Made by a program: the position numbers and the translations under genes. The notes under the pieces were generated by a model. That model saw only the letters and a program-made list of their open reading frames with translations, made no database searches and was not told where the DNA came from. 64,000 nt of DNA from Octopus vulgaris (lineage: Eukaryota): contig OX597833.1 of NCBI GenBank assembly GCA_951406725.2, positions 54,994,001-55,058,000 on the forward strand, given 5' to 3'. Shown in pieces: positions 1 to 11,857 of the stretch (within the stretch, counting starts at the first letter, position 1; each line of letters begins with the position of its first letter).

Positions 1-216
1 TGGTAAACCTGATGGCTGCACCAGGCTCCAATCTGATCTGGCTGAGTTTCCTTTCCCTTCAAAATTGTTGACCCTGTACAAGAATTTAGAAAGAATTGTT
101 TAAATAGTATGGTTGCTCTTTCTGGCTGACTGTTTATTTAAACTTGCAAACCGATCTGGCTAATGATGGCATAAATATATGGATTGAAAAAAATGTTGAA
201 ATAGAAAAAAAATTGT

Positions 217-647
217 GTATCTTTTCGGTTTGAACAGCAGTTTTTAACATAATTTCTAAGTAACTAAAAAATTTTAAACTTCGTATACTGGTAGAATGTG
301 TTTATAAAACATCTTTTTCTCTTGGCTTTATTGAGAAAATTCTATAGTTTGTAAGATATTTGTTGCTTTTTTTCTTCAATTTCTGCAATTTCAACCAATC
401 AATGATGTCCATTGAGGTAAAAAAACATTCTGTGTCATATGAATATGTCCCTCGTTAAAGAAACAGATTGGGTTTATTTACATTTGTGAAGAAAAGAAAG
501 ATACCCTTACCCCCACCCCTAACCCTAACGAACCCTAACTAATCCAAACCCTAAAACAGATTGAAATGCAATAGATCAATAATAATTATGGGTGACAATT
601 TCATATGACACCGCTAGAAAAAACTGCCGTTCAAACCGAAAAGATCC
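217..647. mobile_element. Non-autonomous DNA transposon (MITE) with ~30-bp TIRs, 8-bp TSD and internal CCCTAA-like repeats
   Basis: Left end GTATCTTTTCGGTTTGAACAGCAGTTTTT (217-245) is nearly the reverse complement of right end AAAAAACTGCCGTTCAAACCGAAAAGATCC (618-647). AAAATTGT lies on both sides (209-216, 648-655). Confidence 0.8.
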
Positions 648-1494
648 AAAATTGTTATAACATTTGAAGAATTTAAACAATTAAAAGTCATTTTGGTAAC
701 GAGGCTGGTCTTGTTATGTAAAGTAGTGCAATCAGTTATGTTCAAACACAGATTATGTGGAGACAGCTAGTTAAATGTGTAAGAGCAATCAGTTAGAATT
801 CTTTTCCGTGAGTTTAGTGTTCTTGGTTGTATGTGATTCTTATTCTGAGAATTTTGAATGAGATTCTAAGCTGTTACACAGAAGTTGCGTAATTTGACTG
901 ATTGCAGAGAATTTCCCCTCTGTTTTTCAGTTTTTCTTGTTTGTGACGATATTTGCTTGCATGAAGGATTACATTTGCCATAATAACAATAAATTAAATT
1001 AAAGATAAATTTTAAAGTTGGTGGCATCTGCCAAATTTCAAATGAAAAATATTTGTTTTTACCCCCGAAAAAAAAACCCCCACTGAAAATGAAACAAAAA
1101 TAAGTTTTCTTTTAATAATATCAAACTTGGATTGTCACTAAGTGATTTTTGTTTCTGGTTTGGAAATATTACTTCTGGTGGCCTTTTTGTTCTTTCACAC
1201 ATTTGTCACATTAGATTGGTTGAGACTGTCTTGGCGTTGGTCTGTTTCGTTAATTAATGTCGTAGGTGGACAGTAACAATTGTAATTAAATCTCAACTGT
1301 TCACCATGACCTGATCACATGATGGAATGTTAACAACTATTTTGGGGAAAATATTGGAATTTCTGAGGATTGTTAGCTGATCCTTATACACCGACAAATT
1401 GTTACAAACCTGGGTTTCAGTCCCACCATGTCATACCTTGGTCTTACCATATTCTGCTTTAGTCACAGGTTGACCAAAGCATTGTGATTGGATT

Positions 1495-2121
1495 TAATAA
1501 TAGTAATATAATAATGAAATTATTGTATATAGTGTTCAGGTACACCACAACTTGTCAAGAGTGTGTATAAAGCATATGCAATAATGTACAAATGTCTGGG
1601 AAGTGAACAGTGTATGAGTCAGATACATGCTTGTGCGTGTATGGAGGGGAGAAGATCAGGTGTAGTGTTGGCGAATCTCAGGAAGCATGGAAGTTTTGAA
1701 GGATGCAGTGCTCCGACAACTAACAACTGATGCTGGCAGTTTGTTCCATGCTTCAGCAACTCTTAGCCTGAAAAAATGTTTCCGAAAGTCATGGGAGCTG
1801 TGCTGTTTTCTGACTTTGTAAACATGTCCACGGGTGTAAGACAGATGGTGTTTGAAAAGGTGCTCAGAGTTATTGTTTGTAAGATGGTTAATAATTTTAT
1901 GGGTGTCTGCCAAGCAGCTGCCAGACGTCGGAGTTTCAATGTATCCATGCCCAGGGAAGTAAGGTGTTCAGAATACGGCAAATGCCTGATGGAGGGTATT
2001 CTCTTGGTTGCACGTCGCTGAACGGCTTCCAGACGATTAATATCCTGGGCAAGATAGAGGTTCCAGACCGGTGATGCAAATTCCAGGTGAGGTCACACCA
2101 TAGCTATATAAAGCCGCAGAT
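1495..2121 (-). pseudogene. CR1-clade LINE, 5'-truncated and frameshifted ORF2 C-terminus plus 3' UTR
   Basis: Minus-strand translations give PHLEFASPVWN..QDINRLEAVQRRATKRIP, YSEHLTSLGMDTLKLRRL and TRGHVYKV..RKHFF..RVAEAWNKLP, typical of the CR1 ORF2 tail. It interrupts a degenerate SINE A (about 1410-1495 and 2121-2160). Confidence 0.9.
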
Positions 2122-2177
2122 AGATGGAAACTGAAAGAAGCCTATTGCATATATGTATGTGGTTGTAAGTGAGCATC

Positions 2178-2232
<55 letters not shown>

Positions 2233-3346
2233 TCATCATGCAAGGTTGCTCATTTCCAGTCTTCTGTGAAAAGCATATCTATCTATGGGAAGATATTACC
2301 TTTCTTGGAAATAGGCATGAGGGGTGGGTAATAGGAAGCACAGTAGAAGATACTTACCAGACGTACCATGCAGTGGGATTGAACCCATGATGACATAGTT
2401 GAGAAACAAACACCTACACTCATTAATCTGTTAACCTAATTACATGGTTTCCGAATCTACTAAATATCCCAATCAGCTCTTCAAATCACACTTCCTCTGG
2501 CTAATTAGGCTATCACTTCAGATCTCACTGAGGCCAACTGTTCCTTTTACCCTTTCGGGGCCGATGAAATAAGGTACCAATCAATTACTGGGGTCAGTGT
2601 AATGAACTTGTCCCGTCCCTTCATAATTGTTGACCCTGTACAAAAATTCAGAAAGAATTGTTTAAATAGTATGGTTGCTCTTTCTGGCTGACTGTCTAAG
2701 AGGACGTTTGATGATAAGGTTGCTCTAGATGTCTTTCATCTGATGGGATGATCACGACTGGGATGCTTCCATTGGTTACACGAGCCATTTTAATGTACGG
2801 CAATCAATTAATTTTCCTTTTGGAAGCCAAATTATGCCGCCATTCCATGCCTGTTTATTGTAACACCTGCAGGTGTGCTATTTATACCTGTTCTAATTGC
2901 CATGACCCCTGAGTAATAAAATGCCGATTTTACAGTATTTAAAATTTTGGTTTCTCACAGTTTTAGTGCAGATATTATCTGTGAAGTCAGTTTAAAGTTT
3001 CATCCATCAAAGCCCTGTGAATTAATGTTTAATGCGTTGTTTTTGCCAATACATCTGTTTCGTATTTTTATTTTTCTTATTTATAGATTGTCCTTTTTCC
3101 TCACAAGGAAATCATTATTTAGCAATAAAACCTATTTCTGCCTTCTATTACATCGCTAATTTAAGGCTATTCTGTAACAGCAGCAGCAGTAGTTATAATA
3201 GTGGTATGGTGATAGTGGTGTTGGTGGTGGTAGTATCTGATGGAGCAGGATGATTTCTTGCCAGTGAAGTCTTTACTGTATGTTAATCATTTGTGCATGA
3301 ATTTTTATGGCAATATTCAGTTTTGTTGAGAGACACCATGTATGTG

Positions 3347-3350
<4 letters not shown>

Positions 3351-3391
<41 letters not shown>

Positions 3392-3864
3392 GAAGGAGAA
3401 GGAGACAGACAGACAGACAGACAATGTATGAGGAAATCTTGAGAGAAAAAGAGAGAGACAGATAGACAGACAATATATGAGAAAGACAGAGAGAGAGAGA
3501 GAAACAATGTAAGGGAGAGAGAGAGACAATGTTAGAGAGAGAGAGAGAAAGAGAGACAGACAGACAATGTATGAGAAAGCTTGAGAGAAAAAGAGAGAGA
3601 CAGATAGACAGACAATATATGAGAGACAGAGAGATAGAGAGAGAATGTAAGAGAGGGAGAGAGAGAGAGACAATGTATGAGAAAGCTTGAGAGAAAAAGA
3701 GAGACAGATAGACAGACAATATATGAGAAAGACAGAGAGAGAGAGAGAGAGACAATGTGGGAGAGAGAGAGAGAGACAATGTAAGAGGGAGAGAGAGAGA
3801 GAAAGAGACAGACAGACAATGTATGAGAAAGCTTGAGAGAAAAAGAGAGACAGATAGACAGACA

Positions 3865-3922
<58 letters not shown>

Positions 3923-4017
3923 AAGAGACAGACAGACAATGTATGAGAAAGCTCGAGAGAAAAAGAGAGACAGATAGACAGACAATATATGAGAAAGACA
4001 GAGAGAGAGAGAGAGAC
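3351..4017. repeat. Compound (GA)n minisatellite with a recurring higher-order unit
   Basis: GACAGACAATGTATGAGAAAGCTTGAGAGAAAAAGAGAGACAGATAGACAGACAATATATGAG recurs about 5 times between (GA)n tracts. Confidence 0.95.
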
Positions 4018-4367
4018 TATTGCAGGCTTGTTGGTTGGAATAGGCTAACAACCTTATATTTATGCGAGACAAACTTTAATCCTCTTCCTCTCCTCCTCCT
4101 CCTCATCCTCCTCCCCCTTTTCTCTTCCCTATCTTATCTAATATATTGCTAATAATGCCCCCTCCCTCTTTCCGCCCCTCCCCCCCCACCACCACCAAAA
4201 TCTCTGACAGTAATATTTTCCTTCAGTCAGTCTCAAAACCGTTTTCCTCCTCCTCCTCCCATTTCTACTGCCACCTGTTTCTCCAGCAACCAATTCTTCA
4301 TGTTTATTCATCCCCGGCTATTATCCGAATCCATCTTCTTTTTCAGTTGCTTACATAAGTTCGGTTT

Positions 4368-4404
<37 letters not shown>

Positions 4405-5600
4405 GCACACGTGCTCGTGCGTTTGCGTGTCCTTGTGCTCATGCGTACACGTGTGTGTGTGTAACAAAGCTTGGTATCATTAATGCTGTAGATAATTGTA
4501 TGTTTTGTATAATGTTATCTGAACTGCAATTTCAACCTAAATCTTTTATAATAATCTTTTATCTAATAATCCATCCTCATTTTCCCTTTTTCGCTATCAT
4601 ATTTATTCATTATTATATATCCATTAGATTTCTCTGAGTTATTCTGTATCTCTTCAATTAAGGGTTGGGAAAAGACCAAAAAAGAAAAGGGGGAGAAAGG
4701 ATGGGAGGAAGAGGAAAAAAATCTGTATATTTATGTATGTATATATATACATATAAAAATATATAAAAATGGAGGCTGGTAATTGAAAAAGACAAAACAA
4801 AAATGAGAGAAAAGAATGATAATTTAATTATTTCATGCAACATCTAAACCCAAATTGTTTTTAGTATTTACTAGTCTACATCCATCTATCCATCCTTCCA
4901 TCAACCCGTTTTTGTTCGTGTTGCCATGGTGAGATTGGTTAGTGCAATATTTAGACATTTCCATACTGTCAGAACAAAATCATCTGTAGTTGCTCCGTTC
5001 TCTCTCTCTCTCTCTTTCTCATCTTATTGTCAACCACCTTGCTGTGAAAACGGGAGTGGAATAGATGTTACCAGCTAGGTTGACTAACTGATGTAATGCA
5101 GGTGCAAGGAAAAACCTTATTTGATACCAGGAGTGAATTGCAAGTGTATAAGAACCAGTTTGGGTGTTTCGGTTTTTGAGTAAAACAAAAATAATAATTG
5201 CAGCGTGGAAGGTGTTTGTAAGCCATTTAAGAAACACACCTTCCATGCTGCAATTGTTTTCGTTTCAGCACACGATCTCAGATCAAATCACTTGCTATGC
5301 AGGTACATCTCCGTAAAAATAATAATGAATTTAATTTTATAAACTCATAGGTAGTGACTGTGTGGTAAGAAGCTTGCTTCCTAACCACATGGTTCCAGGT
5401 TCAGTCACATAACATGGCACCTTGGGCAAGTGTCTTCTACTATAGCCTCTGACTGACCAGAGCCTTGTAAGTGGATTTGGTTACCAAAAATTGCTATATA
5501 TATATATAATAATAATATTATTAGGGAATATTATTCCAAACTTACAGGGAAAAATTCAATTTAGTAATACTAAATCAAATTTCACAATATATAATATATT

Positions 5601-5884
5601 TATATAAATTAGAGAAGAACCACCATTTAGCAATTAAACAATGAAATAATAATGATATAATTAAATTATACCATATAGAAAAAAATTAATTATTGGTATA
5701 TGTTTTATCAAAAATAAATAATTATATATTTAAAATAAATAAATAAAATAAATAACAAAAATACTTAATTATTGGCGTATGTTTTATCGTATATTTAATT
5801 TTTTTTCTATATGGTATAATTTAATTATATCATTGTTATTTCATTGTTGAATTGCTAAAAGGTGGTTCTTCTCTAATTTATATA
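5601..5884. repeat. ~89-bp-arm inverted repeat inside a (TA)n tract (possible Penelope-like or MITE remnant)
   Basis: 5601-5689 (TATATAAATTAGAGAAGAACCACCATTTAGCAATT...) is reverse complementary to 5795-5884 with few mismatches. It splits a SINE A copy. Confidence 0.8.
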
Positions 5885-6372
5885 TATATATGTGTGTGTG
5901 TTTACATCCCTGTAACTTAGCGGTTCAGAAAACATACAGGTATACGAAGAATGGCTGTTTTGGATATGATGTTTGCTTCACTAGCATGAGATTTTGGATT
6001 CTATCCTCCTGTGTGGTACCTTGGGCAAGGATGCCACCATAAAAGATTCGAAACAACAGATACCATTTGTATGACAGTAATGCTTGTCTACATGTATCGT
6101 ACAATAACACGATAGGCTTCTTTCAGTTTCCAGTTTCCGTCTACGAAATCCACTCACTAAATTTTGATCGGCCTGAGCCTGTAATAGAAGATACTTGCCT
6201 AAGGTACCATGCCATGGGATTGAACCCCAAACTTGTATGGCTTGGAAGCAAGCTCTCTAATCACAGAGGGTTCTCTGTTCCTTACGAATGAATAACAATA
6301 TCATGACAAAGGTGATTATGTCGATTAGGTGATTGTTGGGACTCGTGGCCGGTTAATGATATATGAACAGTA

Positions 6373-6967
6373 TTAACCCTTTAGCATTCAAACCGGCCAT
6401 ATCTGGCCAAAATATTTAACCTGTTTTATATTGAGACTGACCAGATCTGGCCTCTCACCTCAGCCCTACAATGTCATTCTAAAACTAAAAAAATGCATGA
6501 TTAATTCAAAACAATATAAAGCCAGCTTCGCCTGGCCCCCGTGCCGGTGACACGTAAAAGCACCATCCGTTTCGTGGCCGTTTGCCAGCTCTGTCTGGCC
6601 CCCGTGTTGGTGGCATGTAAAAGCACCATCCGTTCGTGTCCGTTGCCAGCCTCGCCTGGCCCCCGTGCCGGTGACACGTAAAAGCACCATCCGTTTCGTG
6701 GCTGTTTGCCAGCTCTGTCTGGCACCCGTGCGGGTGGCATGTAAAAAGCACCCACTACACTCACAGAGTGGTTGGCGTTAGGAAGGGCATCCAGCCGTAG
6801 AAACACTGCCAGATCTGACTGGGCCTGATGAAGCCTTCCAGCTTCACAGACCCCAGTTGAACCGTCCAACCCATGCTAGCATGGAAAACGGACGCTAAAT
6901 GATGATGATGATGATGATGATGATAAACATCTCATTTGACAGAATAATCTGAACATTAAAGAGTTAA
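6373..6967. mobile_element. TTAA-flanked MITE family F (piggyBac-like ends), interrupted by a family C insertion
   Basis: Starts TTAACCCTTTAGCATT and ends AACATTAAAGAGTTAA. Internal CTACAATGTCATTCTAAAA and ATGCATGATTAATTCAAAACAAT are shared with other F copies. Confidence 0.7.
6520..6924 (+). mobile_element. Family C: 3' UTR of an RTE-like LINE with internal tandem repeats and (ATG)n tail
   Basis: Repeated GCCGGTG(G/A)CACGTAAAAGCACCATCCG units, then GTTGGCGTTAGGAAGGGCATCCAGC...CCCATGCTAGCATGGAAAACGGACGCTAAA(TGA)n. Confidence 0.85.
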
Positions 6968-7367
6968 AGGATATTATAATAAATACTTTGTATTGTATAG
7001 CTCTCTCTCTCTGTCACTCTCTGTCTATCACACACACACACAGACAATCAGACACACTGTTGCCGAATGCCAACCGTTGAGTTTTCATTACCTTATTTGT
7101 CTTTTTGTAGTTGGCATTATTTCTTTGGTTAGCTTCTGGAATTACAATAATCTTCTTTAGGAATTCTCTTTTATTTAATTATCTGTTGGTTGATCCATAA
7201 TCATACAGTCCCGGCATTTGACCTTCTGACATTCTGACCCTCAAGACCCTTCTCTTGCCGTTTTAAATATTCCAAATACAATGCTTCTGAAAGCGTTTAC
7301 AGTTTGCTTGAAGCATTGTGACTTCGGTTTAAAGAAAGAATTAATCACCTTTGATTATGATATAGAT

Positions 7368-7586
7368 CAGTGGTTTTCAACCAGGATTCTGCGGAACCTT
7401 AGGGTTCCGCTAGTACAGTCCAGGGCTTCTGCAAGAAGTTACAAAACTGCTAAAATCGGCAGTAATTTTTAATTCTCCTGTGCAGATATGTGTGCAAAAG
7501 ACTATTAAATTATTGCACAGGGGTTCCTCGAGCTAATGGAATGTTTCCTTGGGGTTCCGCTCCAACAAAAAGTTTGAAAAGCGCTG
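7368..7586. mobile_element. hAT (Charlie-like) MITE
   Basis: Ends CAGTGGTTTTCAAC...GTTTGAAAAGCGCTG with a perfect 8-bp TSD ATATAGAT (7360-7367, 7587-7594). Confidence 0.85.
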
Positions 7587-8412
7587 ATATAGATAATTAA
7601 ATAACGTCTTGATCAGAAATGTAAGGTTCATTTTTTTTTTGTCCCTCCTACCCTTTTTCTCAAGGAAATTACAAGAAAAGTGAAGCGCAATTTTACTATT
7701 TTCTGCAAAATTCTTTATTTGTTTTTTACTTGTTTCAGTCATTGGAATGTGGCCATTCTGGGGCACCACCTTGAAATATTCCAATCAACCAAATGGTTCC
7801 CTATACTTCTTTTTTTTTTTTTTGAAGTCTTGTACTTATTTGATTGGTCTTCTGTCACACTGCTAGGTGACAGGGATGTAAACAAACCAGTATCAGTTGT
7901 CAAGTGGTGGGAGGGCACACATAAATGTAACTGGCTTCCACCCAGTTTTTGTTTACCAAATTCACTCACCTGTCATTGATTGCCCCTTGTTTATAATAAA
8001 AGAAAAAAAAAAACCCACTTGCCCAAAGTGCCACACGGTGGGATTGAAACTTCAACCACATGGTTGCACAGAAAGCTTTTTAATCACACAACTATGCTTG
8101 CACCTTATTAAGCCATGGAAACCAATTTATTTTTCTTTTCATTTTATTTATTATTGATTAGCTCACAACTCCTGTGCGGTATTGAAAGGCAGGTAGGATC
8201 CAGCTGTGAATCTAACCCTTCTCAGGTTTCCTTATACATTTCTTGCTGGTTTTTGGCACCACCAGAGTGCTTGCATAAGTCAGATGAGAGGGTGGGGAGG
8301 GGGGAAGAGTTTTCTACAGTCAGGATGATCTTACTGTCTTCGGCTCCCACCTGTTTTCTCGTTAGATAATAATCTCCTAGACTGTCAAACAACAAACAAC
8401 CTACGACATGCT

Positions 8413-8943
8413 TACTCTCTCTTATACTCTTTTATTAGTTTCAGTCATTTGACTGCGGCCATGCTGGAGCACCGCCTTTAATCGAGCAACTCGACCCCGG
8501 GACTTATTCTTTTGTAAGCCCAGTACTTATTCTATCAGTCTCTTTTGCCAAACCACTAAGTAATGGGGACATAAACACACCAGCATCGGTTGTCAAGCAA
8601 TGCTAGGGGGACAAACACAGACACACAAACACACACACACACACATATATATATATACATACATACATACAATCACGACAGGCTTCTTTCTTGCTTTGAC
8701 ACAAACAACACACAGCCACACTGACACAATCCACTCACAAGGCTTTCTCGTCCTACCAAATCCACTCACAAGGCTTGGTACGTCCCCGCCAACACCACAA
8801 CACATATTATATATATATACATACATACGACGGGAGGCTATAGTCAGAAGACACTTGCCTAAGGTGCCACGCAGTTGGACTGAACCCGGAACCATGTGAT
8901 TTGGTAAGTTCAAGCTACTTACCACACAGCCACTCCTGCGCCT
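8413..8943 (-). mobile_element. SINE family A (tRNA-derived, CORE-like), internally scrambled copy
   Basis: Head AGGCGCAGGAGTGGCTGTGTGG, B-box GGTTCAGTCC, and a tail resembling the family consensus AAATGACTGAAAC...TAAAAGAG. Confidence 0.85.
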
Positions 8944-9001
<58 letters not shown>

Positions 9002-9577
9002 ACTTGATCAAATAATTTGCCCTTTTACTACAAATGAAGTTGGTCGAAGGCACAACTTCACTGCCATCATCATCATAATCAACACACTACCTTGACTGAA
9101 CCAATGAGAGACGCTATCTCATTGCTTGACTTTCTAGAAATAGCAGCCAAATCTGCTGAAAATTACACACCGTCATCATCATTCTAGCATCTGTGAAAAT
9201 AGAGAAGCTGGATAATCATCTTACTCAAAAGTGTCTCTGTAGCTAATCTCTCAGTGATAAATATTCCTGATTAGTTAATGGTTGCGATGCAAAAAGACAA
9301 GATATTTCTCAGTTCTTAATTTTTACACTTGCTTTAAAAGATAATAAATAATAAATATACCGAAAATAAATTTTTAACAGGTTGCATATAAACTTTCTGC
9401 TGCTGTATCTATCTCTCCATCTCCTCTCATGCATGTGTGCATACGTATGGATAGGTGTCAAATTGTTTCTCTGAACGAGGAACGTCTGCTACTCCCCCCT
9501 TTTTTTTTCCTTTCTTTTCTCCCTTTTTTCTTCTTTTTTTTTTTTTAAATTCTTGTCTTTTTGATATGGTGTTTCAG

Positions 9578-9633
9578 TTAGCTCCAGGTCTGTGTGAAGA
9601 AACGCTATTTGATCTAAGAAAACCACTCGTCGG
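9578..9633 (+). CDS. Candidate short internal exon (LAPGLCEETLFDLRKPLVG), gene unknown
   Basis: Long T-rich tract ending GTTTCAG, an open frame, and donor CGG|GTAAAA in non-repeat sequence. No homology recognised. Confidence 0.15.
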
Positions 9634-9816
9634 GTAAAAAGACTTATACTGCATCGCACGTTCTAACTCCCTGAGATGGTGTTAATATATCTTTTTTTCT
9701 TTTTTTTTTCATTTTTTTTTTTATATTTTGGTTACTACTTGTTGTTGTCTTTCTTACCTCTATCTCTCTTTTTCTGTTGCACAGTTCAGGTTTTTATCTC
9801 ATTTTTCAATCTTTCA

Positions 9817-9851
<35 letters not shown>

Positions 9852-10449
9852 ATAAAAAAAATAAAACAAAGAGGGGGGAGAAAAGGTGGCCCTTTTTTCT
9901 TTTTCTTTTTCTTTCTCTTCACAAATACGATCAGTAAAAGTAAAATGGTCTTACCTATTCTTCTCATCCCCATCCCTATGTCTCTCTCTTACCGTTTCCA
10001 TGTCTCCGTATCTTTTACTTCCATCATTTTCCTCTTTGTCTTCTTTCTATTTTTCCTTCTTTTCTTCCTTCACTTTTATCTCCAACCTCCTGATTTTCTT
10101 CTTCTTATATATATATATTTCTGTTATCTTTAATCGTCTTTTTTTCCTTTTCCTTTTTCATTCCTTCTTTTTGTTTCTTTCTCACTACACTCTTTCTGTC
10201 CCCTTGCTCCATCTTCCTCTCCCCAATCTCCCATCCACACTCTCCTCCTCCCCCACCTTTCATCATTTTGTCACTTTTCTTTTCTTCTTCTTTCTCTGAC
10301 ACCTTCTGCTCTGTTATTGCATGATATTTTCTGATAGTATTTTTGTCAGCTTTTCCATTCTGCTGCCATATTCTTGAAGAAATTCCATTTCTGTGGTGTT
10401 TACATAGAAGAGTAATACCAGATATAAACATTCGTAGCCATGCACCAAC

Positions 10450-10825
10450 ACTCTCTCTCTCTCCTCATCTCTCTCACTTTCTCTCTCTCTCTCCTCATCT
10501 CTCTCACTTTCTCTTTCTCCTCATCTCTCTCACTTTCTCTCTCTCTCCTCATCACTCTCACTTTCTCTCTCCTCATCTCTCTCTCTCTTTCTCTCTCCTC
10601 ATCTCTCTCTCTCTTTCTCTCACCTCATCTCTCTCACTTTCTCTCTCTCTCCTCATCTCTCACTTTCTCTCTCCTCATCTCTCTCTCTCTTTCTCTCTCC
10701 TCATCTCTCACTATCTATCTCTCTCCTCTTCTCTCTCCTCATCTCTCTCTCTTTCTCTATCTCCTCATCTCTCTCCCTCCTCATCTCCCTCTCTCTCCCC
10801 ATCTCTCTCTCTCACTTTCTCTTTC
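10450..10825. repeat. (CT)n compound satellite with CTCCTCAT / CACTTT interruptions
   Basis: Seen directly in the sequence. Confidence 0.95.
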
Positions 10826-11296
10826 CATATGTGTCTACATATAAACAATCGTAGGGTGTTAATGTTCAAATATAATTTTGAAGATTAACTTGCCTAAGCA
10901 ATCCCTTCGAAGTATGAGAAGCAATCTTTAGATTGTTTTCACAACATTACCACAATCTTAATTGATGTCACCACCATCATTGCTATTATAATTCATGGAA
11001 ACCCTTTGTTGTTATCATCATCATCATCATCATCATCATTTGACATTTTTTGTCAGGATTGCAATATTTTCTGTCGAGGATGTTCTTTCTTTCTTGTATG
11101 TTTTCTTCGTTCGCAAACAAGAGGTAGTGCTCCACACAGCTTTGTATATGTTTGTGTGTATTCTTGTCTTAAAATCATGTGATGGTTCCAAACAAGCCTC
11201 ACCACCATACAAGCAATGTTGCTTGTTTCTAATCTTCCGTGAAAAATGTCTGGCCATGGGGGAAGTCTAAGGGAGATTTAAGCTTTCCAGCTTTCT

Positions 11297-11857
11297 TTGA
11301 CCACTACCCCACAAAAAAAGAGCTAAGTACCCCTAAAGTTAATACCCTGTTAGAGCCCGCTCTGGAAACATGTTTTGCTTATAATTCTTCCATCGCATTA
11401 TTTCACCAATGTCCTCTGTTCTCAGCGCTTCGCGACAATCACTTCTGGTTAACCTAGTTAAATAATTAGCGCAATTGCTCTTCCTTGACCACTACTCCAC
11501 AAAACAAGAGTTAAGCACCCCTACAGTTAATACCCCGTTAGAGCCAGCTCTAAAAACATGTCTTACTTATAATTCTTCCATGGCATTATTTCACCAACGT
11601 CCTCTGTTCTCAGCACTTCGCCACAATCACCTTTGGTTAACCTAGTTAATTAATTAACGCAATTGCTCTTCCTTGACCACTACTCCACAAAACAAGAGTT
11701 AAGCACCCCTACAGTTAATACCCCGTTAGAGCCAGCTCTAAAAACATGTCTTACTTATAATTCTTCCATGGCATTATTACACCAACGTCCTCTGTTCTCA
11801 GCGCTTCGCCACAATCACCTCTGGTTAACCTAGTTAATTAATTAACGCAATTGCTCT
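11297..11857. repeat. Tandem repeat, 3 x ~188 bp
   Basis: Units start TTGACCACTAC at 11297, 11485 and 11673. Copies 2 and 3 are nearly identical. Confidence 0.95.

Noticed and set aside
3273-4152. Long ORFs rich in SL or ER dipeptides (also 10343-10888 and 42616-43167)
   Set aside because: Translations of (GA)n/(CT)n satellites.
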